DNA from: Nitrospirota bacterium
GTDB taxonomy: Bacteria; Nitrospirota; UBA9217
DNA: 64,000 nt
Reading direction: 5' to 3'
NCBI GenBank assembly: GCA_963737155.1
Contig: CAVTRN010000002.1
Span: 1,408,001 to 1,472,000, forward strand
In this document: positions 62,279 through 64,000 of the stretch, in pieces
How the letters are laid out: each line of letters opens with the position of its first letter
Position numbering within the stretch: position 1 is the first letter of the stretch
Program-made: the position numbers and the translations under genes
Notes under the pieces: model-generated
The model's input: the letters and a program-made list of their open reading frames with translations, nothing else
The model's database searches: none
What the model was told of the DNA's origin: nothing

Positions 62279-63444
62279 CTACTTGTAGTCCTTTAGAATC
62301 TGTTTTAACTTTTATTACTTGGCGCGGATCAATAGTTGATACGTTCTATGCTATTTTTATGAAATCCTTGAAAGCGAAACAAGGTTGATGCTTGTGACCC
62401 ACCGAATAATAATACTGCCGTGTCGCGATGATCCTGCATTGGCGGCCAAAAACTAATAGATTTAAAGCCAAAATGACTAATCCACACTACGCCATGATTG
62501 AGCTATGTATTTCAATGCGTGATATTATAGCATTTTCATCACGAATCGAAACATTATTTTTTATAATAGTGAGTTCATAATAAATTGCTCAATTGTTAGT
62601 TTACCATCCACAATGCTGGCTAAGCTTTGATAATTAATGTGCGATTTGAGTAAAATCGTGATATATTATGGCATGCAAAGCTTTCTTTTTATGCGAAAAA
62701 ATGAGAGGGAGCTTCCAAAACTGCATGGAACTATTGTTGTGCCGTAAACTAAATACGTAACATGATCATGCCGGCATGGTGGTTGTGTGGAAAACGTTCA
62801 GCTTTAGAAGCATTGTGGTAATTTACTGCAGGGTGTCATCATCAGATAATAAAAGTAATTTGGGTATCGCAGAACAACGGCTTCTTGGTTTCCGCGCTGC
62901 AAAGGTATATACGGTTTCCCTTGTTATCAAAAGTGAGGCAGAAGACTACGGTAATTAGCTCGTGGATGAATGCGTCCCTCGCTTATTCATCCCAGGAATG
63001 TTCCCTATACGGATATGTAGTCTACGGGAGTAAAACCACTCGATCAAAATTTAAATGTATGTGTTGTTATACCGGCATTCAGGCCGGTATAAATGAAGCT
63101 CGTAATTACCATGTCAGAAATTCTGGCAAGGTCATCGACGTATCAGATAGCGCGAAGTCCGTCCTCCGTATTCCGATCGATAAGTTCCCGTCACGCAGGG
63201 AGTATAATATATAAGCCACTATGGGATGGCTTCGGGTTTATTATTTTCGAATTTCTGTTTAGCTGGATCGTCGGCACAGCCCAAAGGATCTATAGCTAGG
63301 AGTATTTTTCTAATAAATTCATTCTATTGACTACGCTGTTTAAAATTATTATAATACTCATTCTCGTTGCGCTGGGAATTTGGTCTTTAAGCAGCATAGC
63401 TCTATCAGCTCTTTAAGCAAACGATTCAACCTAGGTGAAGGACT

Positions 63445-64000
63445 ATGCACAGGGAACTTTTTCTCGGCATTGATGTCGGCTCAGTAACAATCAAAACCGC
63501 AGTCCTTGATGCGGGTCGTTGCCTGCTTTCCGAATCCTACGACCGGATCAAAGGCGATCCGCTCGAAGTGCTTTTGCACCGCCTCCAGGCACTTAAAACA
63601 GAACATCCGGACAGCAGCATCAAGGCCGCCGCTGTCACTGGCAGTGGCGGGAAACAAGTTGCGAAAACAATCGGCGCCCTATTCATTAACGAAATCCTTG
63701 CCCAGTCTGCATTTATAGGGCGATACCACCCAAATGCACGGACTATTATCGAGATAGGTGGCGAAGATGCCAAACTCATCACGCTCGTTCCGGATAGCAC
63801 ATCAGGCGGCGTCAAGATTGAGGATTTCTCCATGAATGCGGCATGCGCCGCAGGCACCGGATCATTTCTCGATCAGCAGGCCACTCGTCTCCATCTGACC
63901 ATAGAACAGTTCAGCAACATAGCCCTCAAATCGAAAATGCCGCCTCGCGTCGCGGGCCGGTGCAGCGTATTTGCGAAGAGTGACATGATCCACCTTCAGC
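63445..64000 (+). CDS. CoA-substrate-specific enzyme activase (2-hydroxyacyl-CoA dehydratase activator, ASKHA ATPase), 5' part
   Basis: Not in ORF track. MHRELFLGIDVGSVTIK, VTGSGG, EIGGEDAK, MNAACAAGTGSFLDQQA, RCSVFAKSDMIHLQ. Confidence 0.9.
   Translation, partial: MHRELFLGIDVGSVTIKTAVLDAGRCLLSESYDRIKGDPLEVLLHRLQALKTEHPDSSIKAAAVTGSGGKQVAKTIGALFINEILAQSAFIGRYHPNARTIIEIGGEDAKLITLVPDSTSGGVKIEDFSMNAACAAGTGSFLDQQATRLHLTIEQFSNIALKSKMPPRVAGRCSVFAKSDMIHLQ

Noticed and set aside
62660-62790. Sigma54 -24/-12 promoters (GGCATG motifs)
   Set aside because: No GC dinucleotide at the required -12 spacing

Overview
Bacterial chromosome segment, most likely from a diderm anaerobe or microaerophile of Nitrospirota/Desulfobacterota type (inferred from gene content and order only). 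1-8.9 kb (minus strand): a yceD-rpmF-plsX-fabH-fabD-fabG-acpP-fabF fatty-acid synthesis operon with an acyl-CoA dehydrogenase, EtfB and a ferredoxin-fused EtfA between fabH and fabD, the slot fabK occupies in many anaerobes. No enoyl-ACP reductase gene is visible in the window, so this is the top candidate for an undescribed system (possible electron-bifurcating enoyl-ACP reductase or FabH primer-supply module). 9.5-21 kb: bioA, degP, PIN/TRAM protein, yebC-ruvCAB-queH, a TPR protein, a class I aminotransferase and a holin-like gene. 22-36 kb: an output-less GAF-PAS membrane sensor, lptCAB-rpoN-hpf-ptsN-hprK-rapZ, a full mannose-type PTS, and a CobD-like protein lacking its PLP lysine. 36-50 kb: frameshifted alr running into mlaE, mlaF, a beta-barrel-tailed MlaD, galU, lon, thiL, an acyl-activating/ACP/PlsC fusion, mqnP/ubiA and tRNA-Leu(CAG). 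50.4-56.4 kb: AT-richer, decayed accessory region (IS200, IS3 and ISNCY relics, PAP2 phosphatase, hyaluronan-synthase-like GT2). 56.6-64 kb: bamD, sirC, trxC, truncated osmC, frameshifted NDH-2-like gene, a J-domain/TPR protein and the start of a CoA-substrate activase. All calls come from motif recognition by eye; no searches were run.
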